Assembly (NCBI GenBank): GCA_012519025.1
Contig: JAAYQZ010000086.1
Location: forward strand, 3,447-67,446
Reading direction: 5' to 3'
DNA length: 64,000 nucleotides
Origin: Bacillota bacterium
GTDB lineage: Bacteria; Bacillota; Limnochordia; DTU087
Shown here: positions 48,235 to 59,012 of the stretch, one piece after another
Position numbering within the stretch: the first letter of the stretch is position 1
Layout of the letters: every line of letters starts with the position of its first letter
The notes under the pieces: generated by a model
Databases searched by the model: none
What the model saw: only the letters and a program-made list of their open reading frames with translations
Told to the model about the DNA's origin: nothing
Program-made: the position numbers and the translations under genes

Positions 48235-48888
48235 ATGGGACAGTTCCAGTTGGCAGCCAGGCGCCGGGAAGCAACCGGCAAAGGTGCCAACCGTCAATTG
48301 CGTCGTTCGGGATTTATTCCCGGTGTTGTCTATGGGTCAGGCGAGGAAAATCTTAATCTGCAAGTAGATATTCGTTTGCTTGATAAGCTTTTGCGTGAAG
48401 GTGGAGCCGGCAGGTTGGTAACTTTGGATGTTGAAGGCGAATCTAAAGCCGTTTTAGTTCAAGAACTCCAAGAGCATCCTGTACTAGGCACCCCCGTTCA
48501 TGTCGATTTTCTCGAAGTACGCTTAGACCAAGCTGTTAGTGTTATGGTGCCGATTCAACTCATCGGAGAGGCGGATAGGGTTCAGGATGGAGGGGTAGTT
48601 GCCCCGGTACTTTGGGAAGTAGAGGTATCTTGTTTGCCTATGAACATCCCAGAGAGTTTGGAGATAGATATTTCCAGCCTGACGGTGGGTGACTCTTTGC
48701 AGATCAAGGATCTGGAAGGTTTGCCCGGTATTACTGTTTTGGCCGAACCTGATGAGACTGTTGTTTCCATTGTCCAGCCCATGGAGCTCGAAGAAGAGGT
48801 CGATGAGGACGAAATCGAGGACGAGGAAGACATCGATGTTGAGGAAGCTGAGATGGAAACTGAAGAGACGGAAGAGGCGGATGAATAA
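48235..48888 (+). CDS. rplY: 50S ribosomal protein L25 / general stress protein Ctc, with an acidic C-terminal tail
   Basis: N-terminus RRE.TGKGANRQLRRSGFIPGVVYG. Position between prs and pth. Confidence 0.85.
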   Translation: MGQFQLAARRREATGKGANRQLRRSGFIPGVVYGSGEENLNLQVDIRLLDKLLREGGAGRLVTLDVEGESKAVLVQELQEHPVLGTPVHVDFLEVRLDQAVSVMVPIQLIGEADRVQDGGVVAPVLWEVEVSCLPMNIPESLEIDISSLTVGDSLQIKDLEGLPGITVLAEPDETVVSIVQPMELEEEVDEDEIEDEEDIDVEEAEMETEETEEADE

Positions 48889-48965
48889 ATCCTGCCGAAA
48901 AACGTTATGCAAATGCGTGGCGGATTAAAGCTGCGCATTTTTGCGTTATGGAGACGACAAGTTCT

Positions 48966-49556
48966 ATGAAGGTAATTATTGGGTTGGGAAACCCAGGTCC
49001 AACTTACGCCCACAATAGGCATAATGTGGGCTATATGTTGTTGGGGCGTTTGGCCGAGAGTCTAAAAATCGATAATTGGTTCTACCGCTACCATGCAAGA
49101 ATCAGCGAAATTTCGGTGGATGGCACAGATATTGTGTTTGTTCAACCCCAAACGTATATGAATAACAGCGGCCGTTCTGCAAGGGCGGTACTGGCTGCGT
49201 ACCATTTGGATCCCGACGATATGCTGGTGGTCTACGATGATCTTGATTTAGCCGTTGGGCAGCTGCGTTTGCGGCGGAAAGGGAGCGCCGGAGGACATAA
49301 AGGAGTCCTGTCGGTTATTAATGCTTTGGGGGTAGAAGAGTTTCACCGTTTGCGACTTGGAATCGGCAGGCCGCCTTTGGGCGTTGAAGTAGTTGATCAT
49401 GTGCTTCAAGACTTCACGCCTAAGGAACTTAAGATCATTGACGAGGTTCTAGATACAGCCGTATCGGCCGCAGAGATCTGGATTCGGGAAGGAATTGAAT
49501 CTGCTATGGCTAAGTTCAATGGGATTTCTCTTTCAGACAACAGCAGTGATGCATAA
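48966..49556 (+). CDS. pth: Peptidyl-tRNA hydrolase
   Basis: MKVIIGLGNPG..Y..NRHNVGYM N-terminus. Confidence 0.88.
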   Translation: MKVIIGLGNPGPTYAHNRHNVGYMLLGRLAESLKIDNWFYRYHARISEISVDGTDIVFVQPQTYMNNSGRSARAVLAAYHLDPDDMLVVYDDLDLAVGQLRLRRKGSAGGHKGVLSVINALGVEEFHRLRLGIGRPPLGVEVVDHVLQDFTPKELKIIDEVLDTAVSAAEIWIREGIESAMAKFNGISLSDNSSDA

Positions 49557-49624
49557 ACCGGCCGGTTCTAGCCTAACTTACTACTGTGGAGTCATTCATG
49601 TTAACCCTTTAGGAGACATAATTA

Positions 49625-50035
49625 TTGAACTACTTTGAAGGTTTGAAGGCGATAGTCTTGTCGGGGCTAGCCGCCTTTTTAGCCTATGCTTTCAACCGCT
49701 GGGCAGTGGGAAGATATGGTGAAGAGGCTATCAGGCTGCTTATTCCTATTGTCGAAGAGGGATTGAAAACGGGATTTGCGATCAAGTTTGCAGCCCCTTT
49801 GCTAGCCGTTCACGTCTCATTTGGGTTTTTGGAAGCTACCTATGATTATTTGGCAAATCCGGGTGTGCGGCCTGCAGGTCGCGGGCTAGCGTCTTTGGCT
49901 GCCCTGGCGGGTCATGCTGTATTTGGCGGTATTACCGCGCTTTTAATTGCCAAGGGGCTTGGTCCTTTGCTCGGTATAATTATAACGGGTCTTCTACACA
50001 GTTTTTGGAATATGTCTATCTTACATCGAACTTAG
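49625..50035 (+). CDS. Small membrane protein, hypothetical
   Basis: 136 aa with 3 to 4 hydrophobic helices. TTG start. Confidence 0.3.
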   Translation: MNYFEGLKAIVLSGLAAFLAYAFNRWAVGRYGEEAIRLLIPIVEEGLKTGFAIKFAAPLLAVHVSFGFLEATYDYLANPGVRPAGRGLASLAALAGHAVFGGITALLIAKGLGPLLGIIITGLLHSFWNMSILHRT

Positions 50036-50085
50036 CAATAATGCAGTATCAAACCGGGCTTTAGCTTGATAAAGCCCTTTTCCCT

Positions 50086-53000
50086 ATGTCTTTTGGGAGG
50101 GGGATGGGTAACTATATGGGTGTGCAGGGACTTTTGAACCGTATTATTGAATCATCGGAGTTCAAACAAATTCGGCTGGGGCTGGAACGGGGCCTATCGG
50201 AGCAAGCCGTAGTTGGTTTGGTGGGTTCCCAAAAGGCCAGCTACATCGCGGGGATTCGCCAAGAAATCTTGGAAAACCCCGAGCTTGCAAAACGGCCGTT
50301 ATTTGTTGTGACATACACATCTTACCAAGCGAAAAGATTAATCACGGATTTGGCTACCTTTATACCTGAAAATGAAATATATTATTTCCCTGCTCAGGAT
50401 GTTTTTGTTTTTGAGGAAGCGGCACGAAGTTTGGATCTACTGCACCATCGTTTGCGTACTTATTCAGCCATTAATAAGCACGCAGCCCCGGTGTTAATCA
50501 TCCCCGTCCAGGCATTGGCGGAAAAGCTAATTCCACCCAAGACTTTGCATTCTGCTGTCGTTGAGGTGACAATGGACAGTCGGGTGGATATAGATAGCTT
50601 AGCGTCAAGGCTGGTGAGATTGGGATATAACCAAGAACACTTGGTGGAGGCCCCGGCTCAGTTCAGCATTAGAGGCGGAATTATTGATATTTATCCACCT
50701 ACTGAGGATTATCCGGTGCGGATTGAACTCTTTGACGATGAAGTAGATTCTTTAAGATGTTTTGATCCTGAAACCCAAAGATCAATAAACAACATCACGG
50801 ATTTTGAAATTGTACCGGCAACAGAGTTTATTTTACCGTTTGAGGATCTAACAAAAGGTTTGGGACGATTGGAAGGGCAAATAGAGCTGCAGACCCGTCG
50901 TCTAAGGCGTGCCGGCAACGATGAGGGAGCCCTTGTAATGCAGGAGCACTGCGGTGCCCATCTGGAGAAACTGCAGGCGGGAATTTCATTTGATGGAGCC
51001 GGCCAATATCGGCCCTATTTTTATAACGAACTTGTAACTCTACTGGATTATATGCCGGGCAGTTATGTCTTGTTTGACGAACCGGCCCGTGCCCATGAGC
51101 ATCTTCGCTCATTCGGAGAAGATTTTCAGCACTCCTTTAAGAGCCTTCTGGACAAAGGACACGTCCTGCCCGGAGTCGTTGATAATTATATCGACTGGTA
51201 TGGGTTGATGGACAGTGCCAGCAGACACAGCATTTTCTATCTGGCCGCACTATCCAAACGGGCACCGGGCACTAAGCCAAGCCAAGTGATCAACGTGCAT
51301 GCCCGGTCACCTGAGCTGTTCCACGGCAAATTGGATCTACTGAGGGCCAGTACAAAGCGCTGGAAAAAGGATGGGTTCGGTATTTTAATAGTTGTCTCCC
51401 AAGAGGAACGGGGACGGCGTTTAGTGGAAAGTCTTTCCGACTACGATATATTCGCCACATTTGTGCCTGAGCTTAATTCCCAACTGGCCCCAGGTAGTGT
51501 GTTGGTGAGTGTGGCCGATCTTGAAACAGGATTTGAACTACCCGAGATCAAGATGGTAGTGCTGACAGAAAACGAGATCTTCGGTAAGACCAGACCAACT
51601 CGGCGCATGCGCAGCGTGGAAGACGGTGTCAGACTCACCGATTTCGCTGCGCTCAAAGAAGGCGATTACGTTGTTCACGTCAATCATGGTATAGGTCGCT
51701 ATCAGGGTCTACAGACATTGGAAATGGCCGGGGTTCACAAAGATTATTTGGTAGTCCAATATGCCGGAACAGATAAGTTATATGTACCCACTGAACAAGT
51801 TGGCTTGCTGCAAAAATACGTGGGTTCCGATAGCGACGCACCTAAGCTGTATAAATTAGGTGGTGGCGAATGGGCAAGAGTCAAAAACAGGGTTAAAGAG
51901 TCTGTTCAAGAGATAGCTGAGGGATTGATTGAATTATATGCTAAAAGGCAGTCTATGCCCGGCCATAAGTTTGGCTTGGATACCCTTTGGCAAAGGGAAT
52001 TCGAGGAGTCTTTTCCTTATCAGCCAACTCCGGATCAAATACGGGCTGTGGCAGAGGTGAAAAAAGACATGCAAACAGCCAGGCCCATGGATAGACTGCT
52101 GTGCGGTGATGTGGGTTATGGGAAAACCGAAGTAGCTATCAGGGCGGCTTTTAAGGCAGTTATGGACGGCAAACAAGTAGCTGTGCTTGTTCCTACTACT
52201 ATTTTGGCGCAGCAGCACTATCGGACGTTTGTAGATCGGTTCCAAGGATACCCCGTGACGATCCACGTTCTAAGTCGATTTCAAACACCGGCAGAACAAA
52301 ATCACAGTCTAGAATTATTGAAAACCAATGGTATAGACATCATCATTGGCACACATCGGCTGCTCAGCCAAGATGTACACTTTAAAGATCTGGGCCTAGT
52401 TATAGTTGATGAAGAACAACGCTTTGGGGTTGTCCAAAAGGAACGACTTAAGGAACTTAGACAAACTGTTGATGTGCTGACTTTAACAGCAACACCCATT
52501 CCCCGGACCTTGCACATGTCGTTGGTTGGTGTACGGGATGTGAGCCTAATTGAAACACCGCCGGAAAATCGCTACCCCATCCGCACTTATGTCATTGAAT
52601 ACAATGATGAGGTGATTCGGGAGGCCATTTACCGGGAACTGGCCCGGGAGGGACAGATTTATTTTGTTTACAATAGAGTGCAAAGTATTGATAGGATGGC
52701 GGCCCATATCGCACAACTGGCTCCGGAGGCACGAGTAGCGGTAGCCCACGGACAGATGGATGAAACCCGTTTAGAACAGATTATGCTGGACTTTCTGCAT
52801 GGGGAATACGATATTTTGCTTTGTACCACTATCATCGAGACAGGAATGGATATAGCAAATGTTAACACTTTGATCGTCTATGATGCAGATTACCTGGGAT
52901 TGGCACAGTTATATCAGTTAAGGGGTCGAGTGGGTCGGACAAATCGGGTAGCTTATGCGTATTTTACCTACAGAAAGGACAAATTACTAACAGAGGTGGC

Positions 53001-53673
53001 AGAAAAGCGTTTGCAGGCCATCAAAGAATTTACGGAACTGGGTTCAGGCTTTAAAATCGCCATGCGAGATCTTGAGATCCGGGGAGCCGGCAATTTGCTT
53101 GGGCCTGAACAGCATGGATTTATCGCTTCTGTTGGGTTTGAACTATACTGTCGGCTACTGGATGAGGCCGTACGCAGGTTGAAAGGAGAATCGCGTCAAG
53201 AGCCCCCAGAGGCTGTGATCGATCTGGATGTTGATGCCTATTTGCCGGACACATATGTAACTGACATTACCCAAAAGGTCGAGTTGTACAAACGACTGGC
53301 AGCAGTCGCGGCCCCCGATGAGGCCAACGATTTATTAGACGAGATTGAAGATCGCTTTGGAGAGGCACCTGTTTCAACATACAACATCATAGCTATTGCC
53401 AGAATCAAGGCTATGAGCAAAATGGTGGGGATTGGTTCCATAGCCCAAAATCGGGAACAGATCATCATCCGTATGCTGTCAGGTGTTTCTATAACGGAAC
53501 GAATGGCTCAAGAAGTCAAGCATGTTTTCCCCGGAAGGGTTGCCTTAATGGGCAATCCACCATCACAAATGCGGCTCAGGAGCCAGATGCTTGATGATCA
53601 GACACTGCTTAAACATGTGGAAGAAATCGTGCTTGCTCTTTATGAACTGCAAGCGGTAAAGGCACAGGTATAG
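50086..53673 (+). CDS. mfd: Transcription-repair coupling factor Mfd. The start may be a few codons downstream
   Basis: About 1190 aa. UvrB-homology module, RNAP-interaction domain, and superfamily-2 helicase motifs (GDVGYGKTEVA, DEEQRFG, QLRGRVGR). Confidence 0.92.
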   Translation: MSFGRGMGNYMGVQGLLNRIIESSEFKQIRLGLERGLSEQAVVGLVGSQKASYIAGIRQEILENPELAKRPLFVVTYTSYQAKRLITDLATFIPENEIYYFPAQDVFVFEEAARSLDLLHHRLRTYSAINKHAAPVLIIPVQALAEKLIPPKTLHSAVVEVTMDSRVDIDSLASRLVRLGYNQEHLVEAPAQFSIRGGIIDIYPPTEDYPVRIELFDDEVDSLRCFDPETQRSINNITDFEIVPATEFILPFEDLTKGLGRLEGQIELQTRRLRRAGNDEGALVMQEHCGAHLEKLQAGISFDGAGQYRPYFYNELVTLLDYMPGSYVLFDEPARAHEHLRSFGEDFQHSFKSLLDKGHVLPGVVDNYIDWYGLMDSASRHSIFYLAALSKRAPGTKPSQVINVHARSPELFHGKLDLLRASTKRWKKDGFGILIVVSQEERGRRLVESLSDYDIFATFVPELNSQLAPGSVLVSVADLETGFELPEIKMVVLTENEIFGKTRPTRRMRSVEDGVRLTDFAALKEGDYVVHVNHGIGRYQGLQTLEMAGVHKDYLVVQYAGTDKLYVPTEQVGLLQKYVGSDSDAPKLYKLGGGEWARVKNRVKESVQEIAEGLIELYAKRQSMPGHKFGLDTLWQREFEESFPYQPTPDQIRAVAEVKKDMQTARPMDRLLCGDVGYGKTEVAIRAAFKAVMDGKQVAVLVPTTILAQQHYRTFVDRFQGYPVTIHVLSRFQTPAEQNHSLELLKTNGIDIIIGTHRLLSQDVHFKDLGLVIVDEEQRFGVVQKERLKELRQTVDVLTLTATPIPRTLHMSLVGVRDVSLIETPPENRYPIRTYVIEYNDEVIREAIYRELAREGQIYFVYNRVQSIDRMAAHIAQLAPEARVAVAHGQMDETRLEQIMLDFLHGEYDILLCTTIIETGMDIANVNTLIVYDADYLGLAQLYQLRGRVGRTNRVAYAYFTYRKDKLLTEVAEKRLQAIKEFTELGSGFKIAMRDLEIRGAGNLLGPEQHGFIASVGFELYCRLLDEAVRRLKGESRQEPPEAVIDLDVDAYLPDTYVTDITQKVELYKRLAAVAAPDEANDLLDEIEDRFGEAPVSTYNIIAIARIKAMSKMVGIGSIAQNREQIIIRMLSGVSITERMAQEVKHVFPGRVALMGNPPSQMRLRSQMLDDQTLLKHVEEIVLALYELQAVKAQV

Positions 53674-53753
53674 GAGTTATGAATAAAACAGTAAGCGGAA
53701 CTATATACTATCATTGACAACTGTGTGCGCCCATTACAAAGGAGGGGTGCTGT

Positions 53754-54302
53754 TTGAAAGCAACTGGCATAGTCAGACGAATAGATGATCTGGGTCGAGT
53801 GGTTATCCCCAAGGAAATTCGCCGAACCTTGCGGATTAGGGAAGGGGATCCTCTTGAGATTTTCGTTGATAGAGACGGGGAAGTGATTCTAAAGAAGTAC
53901 TCCCCCATCGGTGAATTGGGTGACTTTGCTCAGGAGTATGCTGACTCGCTGTTTGAGGCCACCGGCCACATCTCCATTATCTGCGATCGGGATGCTGTAG
54001 TGGCGGTTGCCGGTGCTCCCAAAAAACAGTGGTTGGATCGGGATGTACCTAGTTACGTTGAAAATACAATGCAAAATCGTAAGTCTAAGATCCTACCTTC
54101 CACTGATGACAGCGATGAGTTGGATGCTCATATTGAGGAACAGTGGTTGTTTTCCCACCAGGTATTGGCGCCTATTATATCGGAAGGGGATCCCATAGGC
54201 GTGGTTATGATTTGTTCGATGGATACAGTGGATCGAATGAGTAATCTTGAGTTGAAATTAGCTGAGACAGCCGCAGGATTCCTAGCCAAACAAATGGAAT
54301 AA
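53754..54302 (+). CDS. spoVT: Stage V sporulation protein T (AbrB-type N-domain plus GAF domain)
   Basis: N-terminus GIVRRIDDLGRVVIPKEIRRTLRIREGDPLEIF. Position after mfd. Confidence 0.88.
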   Translation: MKATGIVRRIDDLGRVVIPKEIRRTLRIREGDPLEIFVDRDGEVILKKYSPIGELGDFAQEYADSLFEATGHISIICDRDAVVAVAGAPKKQWLDRDVPSYVENTMQNRKSKILPSTDDSDELDAHIEEQWLFSHQVLAPIISEGDPIGVVMICSMDTVDRMSNLELKLAETAAGFLAKQME

Positions 54303-54415
54303 AAATATGTTCGCTAGAGTGGGACTTATGTCTATCAGGCCAAGCAACCGCGCTGTCGGGTGACTTGGCCATTTACTTACATAACTGCCGTTTAATGTCA
54401 TAGCCCTCCCGGTTT

Positions 54416-56089
54416 TTGCATAGGTTTGGGGTGATGGGGGGGCGTGCCTTGAATAAGCAATCCTTCGCTAGGGGAGCTGTAATTTTAGCAATTGCAAGCA
54501 TCGTCAGCCGGCTGCTTGGGGTAGTATACATCGTGGCCCTTCCTAGAATAATCCGCGATGAAGGCATGGGACTCATGCAGATGGTGCGTCCCATTCATAG
54601 TTTTGCCGTAATAATGTCCATAGCCGGTTTGCCCGTAGCGTTGTCCAAATTAGTAGCAGAGGAGTTGGCTATTGGCAACAGCCAAAATGCCCGTAAGGTG
54701 TTTCACTGGGCTTTGGGGAGTATGCTGTTTTTGGGTATCTGCTTTACCGGGGTTTTGCTATTAGGAGGCAAATGGCTGGTAATTAAGGTAGTGGGGGATC
54801 CCCTGGCGTACCCGGTTTTGATGGCCATGACTCCGTCCTTAATCCTCTTGCCTGTTATTGCGGCACTTCGGGGTTTATTCCAAGGTATGCAATATATGAC
54901 ACCATCCGCGACATCGCAAGTAGTGGAACAGGTTGTAAGAGTAGCGGCGATGTTGATCTTTGCTGCTGCATTTATGCCTCAAGGTATACAGTACGGTGCC
55001 GCGGGGGCTTCTTTAGGAGGGGTCACGGGATCTTTAGCGGGGCTCATCGCACTGCTGACGTATTACTTGATCTGGCACCACAGTACAAAAAAGGATTCTC
55101 TAAAACAAAGGAAGCGTCCATCTGTCGCACGGCAAAGTGCTAAAATGTGTTCAGGTTGGGCAATTTTAAGAAGACTTTTCAGCCTTTCCCTACCCTTGGT
55201 TTTGGGCTCTTTGCTTTGGCCGGTGATGCAGATGATCGATACTGGATTGGTGCCGCTCCGCATGCGGATTGCCGGCCACAATATTGAGGCAATTAGGGAA
55301 GCCCTGGGTTATTTGGGTATGGCACTTTCATTGATGCACTTGCCCAATGTTTTGACATCGGCTTTAGCTGTTACGTTGGTGCCGGCTGTGGCTGAGGCCG
55401 GGGCACTTAAGGCCGGCCGCTCCCTCCAATATAGGGTTACGGAAGCTTTGCGCGTGGCTGTGCTGTTTGGTGTGCCGGCCTCAATTGGCTTGTTTTGCAT
55501 GGCGAAACCGGTATCTGTCCTCTTGTTTGGGTATGATCAGGTAGCTGAACCTTTACGTATCTTAGCGATGGGAACGCTGACCGTGGGGATATTTCAGGTG
55601 TGCTCCGGAGTCTTACAGGGTTTGGGACTGGTGCTTCTACCAGTGTACAGCCTCTTGTGTGGAGTGATTGTTAAGTTTGGACTAAATTATTGGTTAACGG
55701 CCCACACGAAGCTCGGCATAAAAGGAGCGGCCTGGGGCACCTTGGTAGGCTTCAGCATTGCCGGAGCACTCAATTTCAGGGCAGTTTGCCGCCATGCAGG
55801 TTTAGCAGCAGGGTTTGGAGTTCTGTTTTCTAAGGCAGTTCTGGCAAGTGCTGTCATGGGTCTAAGTGTAAGCTTGCTCTATGATAATTTGTTTGATTTG
55901 TCATTGGATCATTTATCTAATTTTAATGCTAATGGTCTAAGCACTATAATTTCCATAGCACTGGGAGCAGTTGTTTATATCATTGGTTTAATCGGGACAG
56001 GTACGCTTTGCCAAAGGGATCTAGAACTCATACCCAAAATAGGCACAAAGATGGGTAAGTGGTTCAAACATCGGGGTTGGGTTAAATGA
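54416..56089 (+). CDS. MOP/MATE-superfamily polysaccharide exporter, SpoVB/YabM-like. Exact start uncertain
   Basis: About 14 TM helices. Position after spoVT matches B. subtilis yabM. Confidence 0.65.
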   Translation: MHRFGVMGGRALNKQSFARGAVILAIASIVSRLLGVVYIVALPRIIRDEGMGLMQMVRPIHSFAVIMSIAGLPVALSKLVAEELAIGNSQNARKVFHWALGSMLFLGICFTGVLLLGGKWLVIKVVGDPLAYPVLMAMTPSLILLPVIAALRGLFQGMQYMTPSATSQVVEQVVRVAAMLIFAAAFMPQGIQYGAAGASLGGVTGSLAGLIALLTYYLIWHHSTKKDSLKQRKRPSVARQSAKMCSGWAILRRLFSLSLPLVLGSLLWPVMQMIDTGLVPLRMRIAGHNIEAIREALGYLGMALSLMHLPNVLTSALAVTLVPAVAEAGALKAGRSLQYRVTEALRVAVLFGVPASIGLFCMAKPVSVLLFGYDQVAEPLRILAMGTLTVGIFQVCSGVLQGLGLVLLPVYSLLCGVIVKFGLNYWLTAHTKLGIKGAAWGTLVGFSIAGALNFRAVCRHAGLAAGFGVLFSKAVLASAVMGLSVSLLYDNLFDLSLDHLSNFNANGLSTIISIALGAVVYIIGLIGTGTLCQRDLELIPKIGTKMGKWFKHRGWVK

Positions 56090-56127
56090 ACCCCTAAAGC
56101 TGCAAACCCAGCCGCCGTATCCTGCTG

Positions 56128-56934
56128 CTATTCCATTAGTTTTGCCTTATCCCACAACTGGTCCATCTCCTCAAGGTCCATGGATGTTAGATCACGCCCC
56201 AGCCCTTCCGCAGACTCCTCCACAAAGTGAAAACGGCGTATAAATTTATGGGTGGCTTCCCTCAGTGACATCTCGGGATCTATTTCGAGATATCGGGCTA
56301 CATTCACTAAAGCAAAAAACACGTCACCCATTTCTGCCACCATATTGCTGTGATTGTCATCTTGGTAAGCCTTTTGAAATTCATCCAGTTCTTCTTGTAC
56401 CTTGGTCAAGGCACCGGATACATGCTCCCATTCAAAGCCCACCCGGGCAGCCTTTTCTTGAATTTTCTCAGCTTGAGTCAAGGCTGGAAGATCTTTTGGC
56501 ACACCATCAAGAACAGATTCATATTCTTGTCCCATTGCTTTGCGTTCTTGTTCTTTGATTTTCTCCCAGCTGATCATGACGGCATCAGCGTCTTCAGCGG
56601 TCCCGTCACCAAAGATATGCGGGTGACGTCGTATCAGTTTGGTTGTGACAGTTTCAACCACATCATTGATATCAAATAAATCATTTTCTGCTGCAATGGC
56701 AGCATGGAACACCACCTGAAGCAGTACATCACCGAGCTCTTCTTTGACCTTACACCATTCCTGCTCATCAATGGCTTCCAGCACTTCGTAAGTTTCTTCG
56801 ACAAGGTACCTTCTGAGGCTTTCGTTTGTTTGGATCTTATCCCACGGGCAACCATCTGGGGCCCGCAGGCGCAGCATGACCTCAACCAAGGGATCCAGTG
56901 GATAAGCAGGTGTTTTAGAGGGATTTTTTATCAT
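56128..56934 (-). CDS. mazG: Nucleoside triphosphate pyrophosphohydrolase MazG (tandem MazG domains)
   Basis: Motifs CPWDKIQT.ESLR.YL.EE..E..EAI.. Confidence 0.85.
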   Translation of the reverse strand: MIKNPSKTPAYPLDPLVEVMLRLRAPDGCPWDKIQTNESLRRYLVEETYEVLEAIDEQEWCKVKEELGDVLLQVVFHAAIAAENDLFDINDVVETVTTKLIRRHPHIFGDGTAEDADAVMISWEKIKEQERKAMGQEYESVLDGVPKDLPALTQAEKIQEKAARVGFEWEHVSGALTKVQEELDEFQKAYQDDNHSNMVAEMGDVFFALVNVARYLEIDPEMSLREATHKFIRRFHFVEESAEGLGRDLTSMDLEEMDQLWDKAKLME

Positions 56935-57097
56935 GTAAGCAGCTCCTTTGCAAAGCTATTCGCTGTGCCGTTAACGCTGTGCAGGGCACCAGGTGATTTA
57001 TAAAAATGAATAGCAAATTACCGGCCTAGCATCACCACTGACATAATGGGAGCTAAGCCGGCTGCTATAAACCGGTTGCCTAGCAAAAACGATTTTG

Positions 57098-57375
57098 TTA
57101 CTTTGCCACAGCTTCCTTAAGGCCTTTTCCCGCTCGAAAAGCTGGTACCTGAGTAGCGGGAATGTCAATGGGCTCACCTGTTGATGGGTTTACACCCTTG
57201 CGAGCGGCACGCTGTCTGACCTCGAAAGTTCCAAAGCCGACCAAAGTAACTTTTTCTCCCTGAGACAATGCCTCAGAGATGGTTGCGAGAACCGCTTCCA
57301 CTGCTTCGCCGGCAGCTTTTTTGGATAGACCGGATTTTTCCGCAACATTTGTTATTAACTCGCTCTTATTCACGG
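57098..57375 (-). CDS. hup: DNA-binding protein HU. GTG start after GGAGG
   Basis: [19 protein letters not shown]...[21 protein letters not shown]. Confidence 0.85.
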
Positions 57376-57613
57376 TATAACCTCCTTGTAAATAAGGTGG
57401 ACAATCGGTGCTTGTATTCGCTAACAAACCAGACGTTCCTGCCTATTAGGCATAAATTGCCAACTAAAATTCCTTAACTGAGCGAAAAACTATACCCTAC
57501 CGTAAATTGTTGTCCCCAGTAGTTTTAATTTTATGTGTATAAGCCCTTAATTAAAAGGGATGCTACTGGCAGGGACAAAAATATCGCTCATTTTAACGTG
57601 TGGAGGGAGAATT

Positions 57614-58576
57614 ATGAACTCTCATCGTCACTCCGGTATGTTTATTGCGACGTTAGTTTTGGTCGTGGTAGGTGCTGTGATTTTATTGATCGGCTGGCCT
57701 GGTCCAAAACAGGGTGCAGTCAGGCAATTTGCCGAAGAGCCTACACTAAGCGTCTATATGAAGGACACCGAAGAAAAGAAGGATATGCCTATAGAAGAGT
57801 ACATTACTGGAGTAGTAGCAGGGGAAATGAAGCCCAATTGGCCCTTGGAGGCGTATGCTGCCCAGGCCATCTTGGCCCGCAGCTTTACAATGGAGTTTAT
57901 CAGTAAAGGAGGCACCCGTGCCTTGCACGGTACTGACATATCAACTGATCATGAAGAGGCCCAGGCCTACAATGCCAGCAACATAACACCGATCATCCGC
58001 AGAGCAGTGGAAATGACCCGGGGTGAGGTAATGACATACAAAGATCAGTATGTACGCGCCTGGTTTCATTCATTTAGCGGAGGTCACACTGCCTCTGCCA
58101 AAGAAGGCTTGAATTTCAAAGAAGCGGAACCGCCTTATATACGGAGTGTCAAAGTAAAGGATAACCCCTATGCTCCTGCAGATGTGAAGGAGTGGCATGC
58201 TGTCTTCCCACTAACAGAAGTCCAAAAAACCTTGAGCAAGATGAATGTCAATGTAGGCGACATCAAGGAGGTCAAAGTTGAGAAAAAAGGTAAGACTGGG
58301 CGTGCTACGGAGCTTCGCATAGTTGGGACGAACGGCAACGAAGTTGTGTCTGCAGCTGACTTCCGGGTTGCTTTAGATGCTATGACGATGAAATCTACGC
58401 TGCTTAGCCGGGTACAGGTACAAGGGAATAACTTGACAATGGTAGGCAGTGGGTTTGGACATGGAGTTGGACTGAGTCAATGGGATGCACATATGCTGGC
58501 AAAAGACGGCAAAAAGCCGGAGGACATTGTAAAGTTTTTCTTTAAGAATATCGAGATCAAAAAACTCTGGGATTAG
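57614..58576 (+). CDS. spoIID: Stage II sporulation protein D (SpoIID/LytB family lytic transglycosylase)
   Basis: N-terminal TM segment and the SpoIID domain (EEYITGVVAGEM...EA.KAQA..ARSF). RBS GGAGGGAG. Confidence 0.8.
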   Translation: MNSHRHSGMFIATLVLVVVGAVILLIGWPGPKQGAVRQFAEEPTLSVYMKDTEEKKDMPIEEYITGVVAGEMKPNWPLEAYAAQAILARSFTMEFISKGGTRALHGTDISTDHEEAQAYNASNITPIIRRAVEMTRGEVMTYKDQYVRAWFHSFSGGHTASAKEGLNFKEAEPPYIRSVKVKDNPYAPADVKEWHAVFPLTEVQKTLSKMNVNVGDIKEVKVEKKGKTGRATELRIVGTNGNEVVSAADFRVALDAMTMKSTLLSRVQVQGNNLTMVGSGFGHGVGLSQWDAHMLAKDGKKPEDIVKFFFKNIEIKKLWD

Positions 58577-58656
58577 CAATGCATGAAAAGCTTGGCCTTG
58601 GCATATTCTTTACCAAGGGGAAAAGCTATGGGACTTTCTGGGAGAGGGGTAACGTT

Positions 58657-58944
58657 TTGGAAGAACGACAGTTATCCATTAGAAAAAAGCATCAAGTGAC
58701 ACTTCAAAACCGGGAAAAACTAGCTATTGACGGTGTTTTGAACGTGGAGAGTTTTGATGATCTGGAGATAGTCTTGGAAACCGATGCCGGGATGCTGGTA
58801 GTGCGTGGAGATAGTTTGCACATTAAAGAATTGAATCTCGACAGCGCCAGTCTGAATGTAATAGGGCATATTTCCACAATGGAATATATCGGTGATGCCG
58901 GTGAAAAAAGAGGCAAGGGTTTTTTGGGGAAACTGTTCAAATAA
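58657..58944 (+). CDS. yabP: Sporulation protein YabP. TTG start after GGAGAGGGG; the ORF-track start at 58579 is probably too long
   Basis: GVLNVESFDD.EIVLETDAGMLVVRGDSLHIKELNLD..SL.V.G.I..MEY resembles the YabP family. Confidence 0.65.
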   Translation: MEERQLSIRKKHQVTLQNREKLAIDGVLNVESFDDLEIVLETDAGMLVVRGDSLHIKELNLDSASLNVIGHISTMEYIGDAGEKRGKGFLGKLFK

Positions 58945-59012
58945 TTAACAATTTGCTCCTTTTGAGCATAAAGATAGGGGGATGACACCTGATCTGATTG
59001 GGAGGGTGATGG

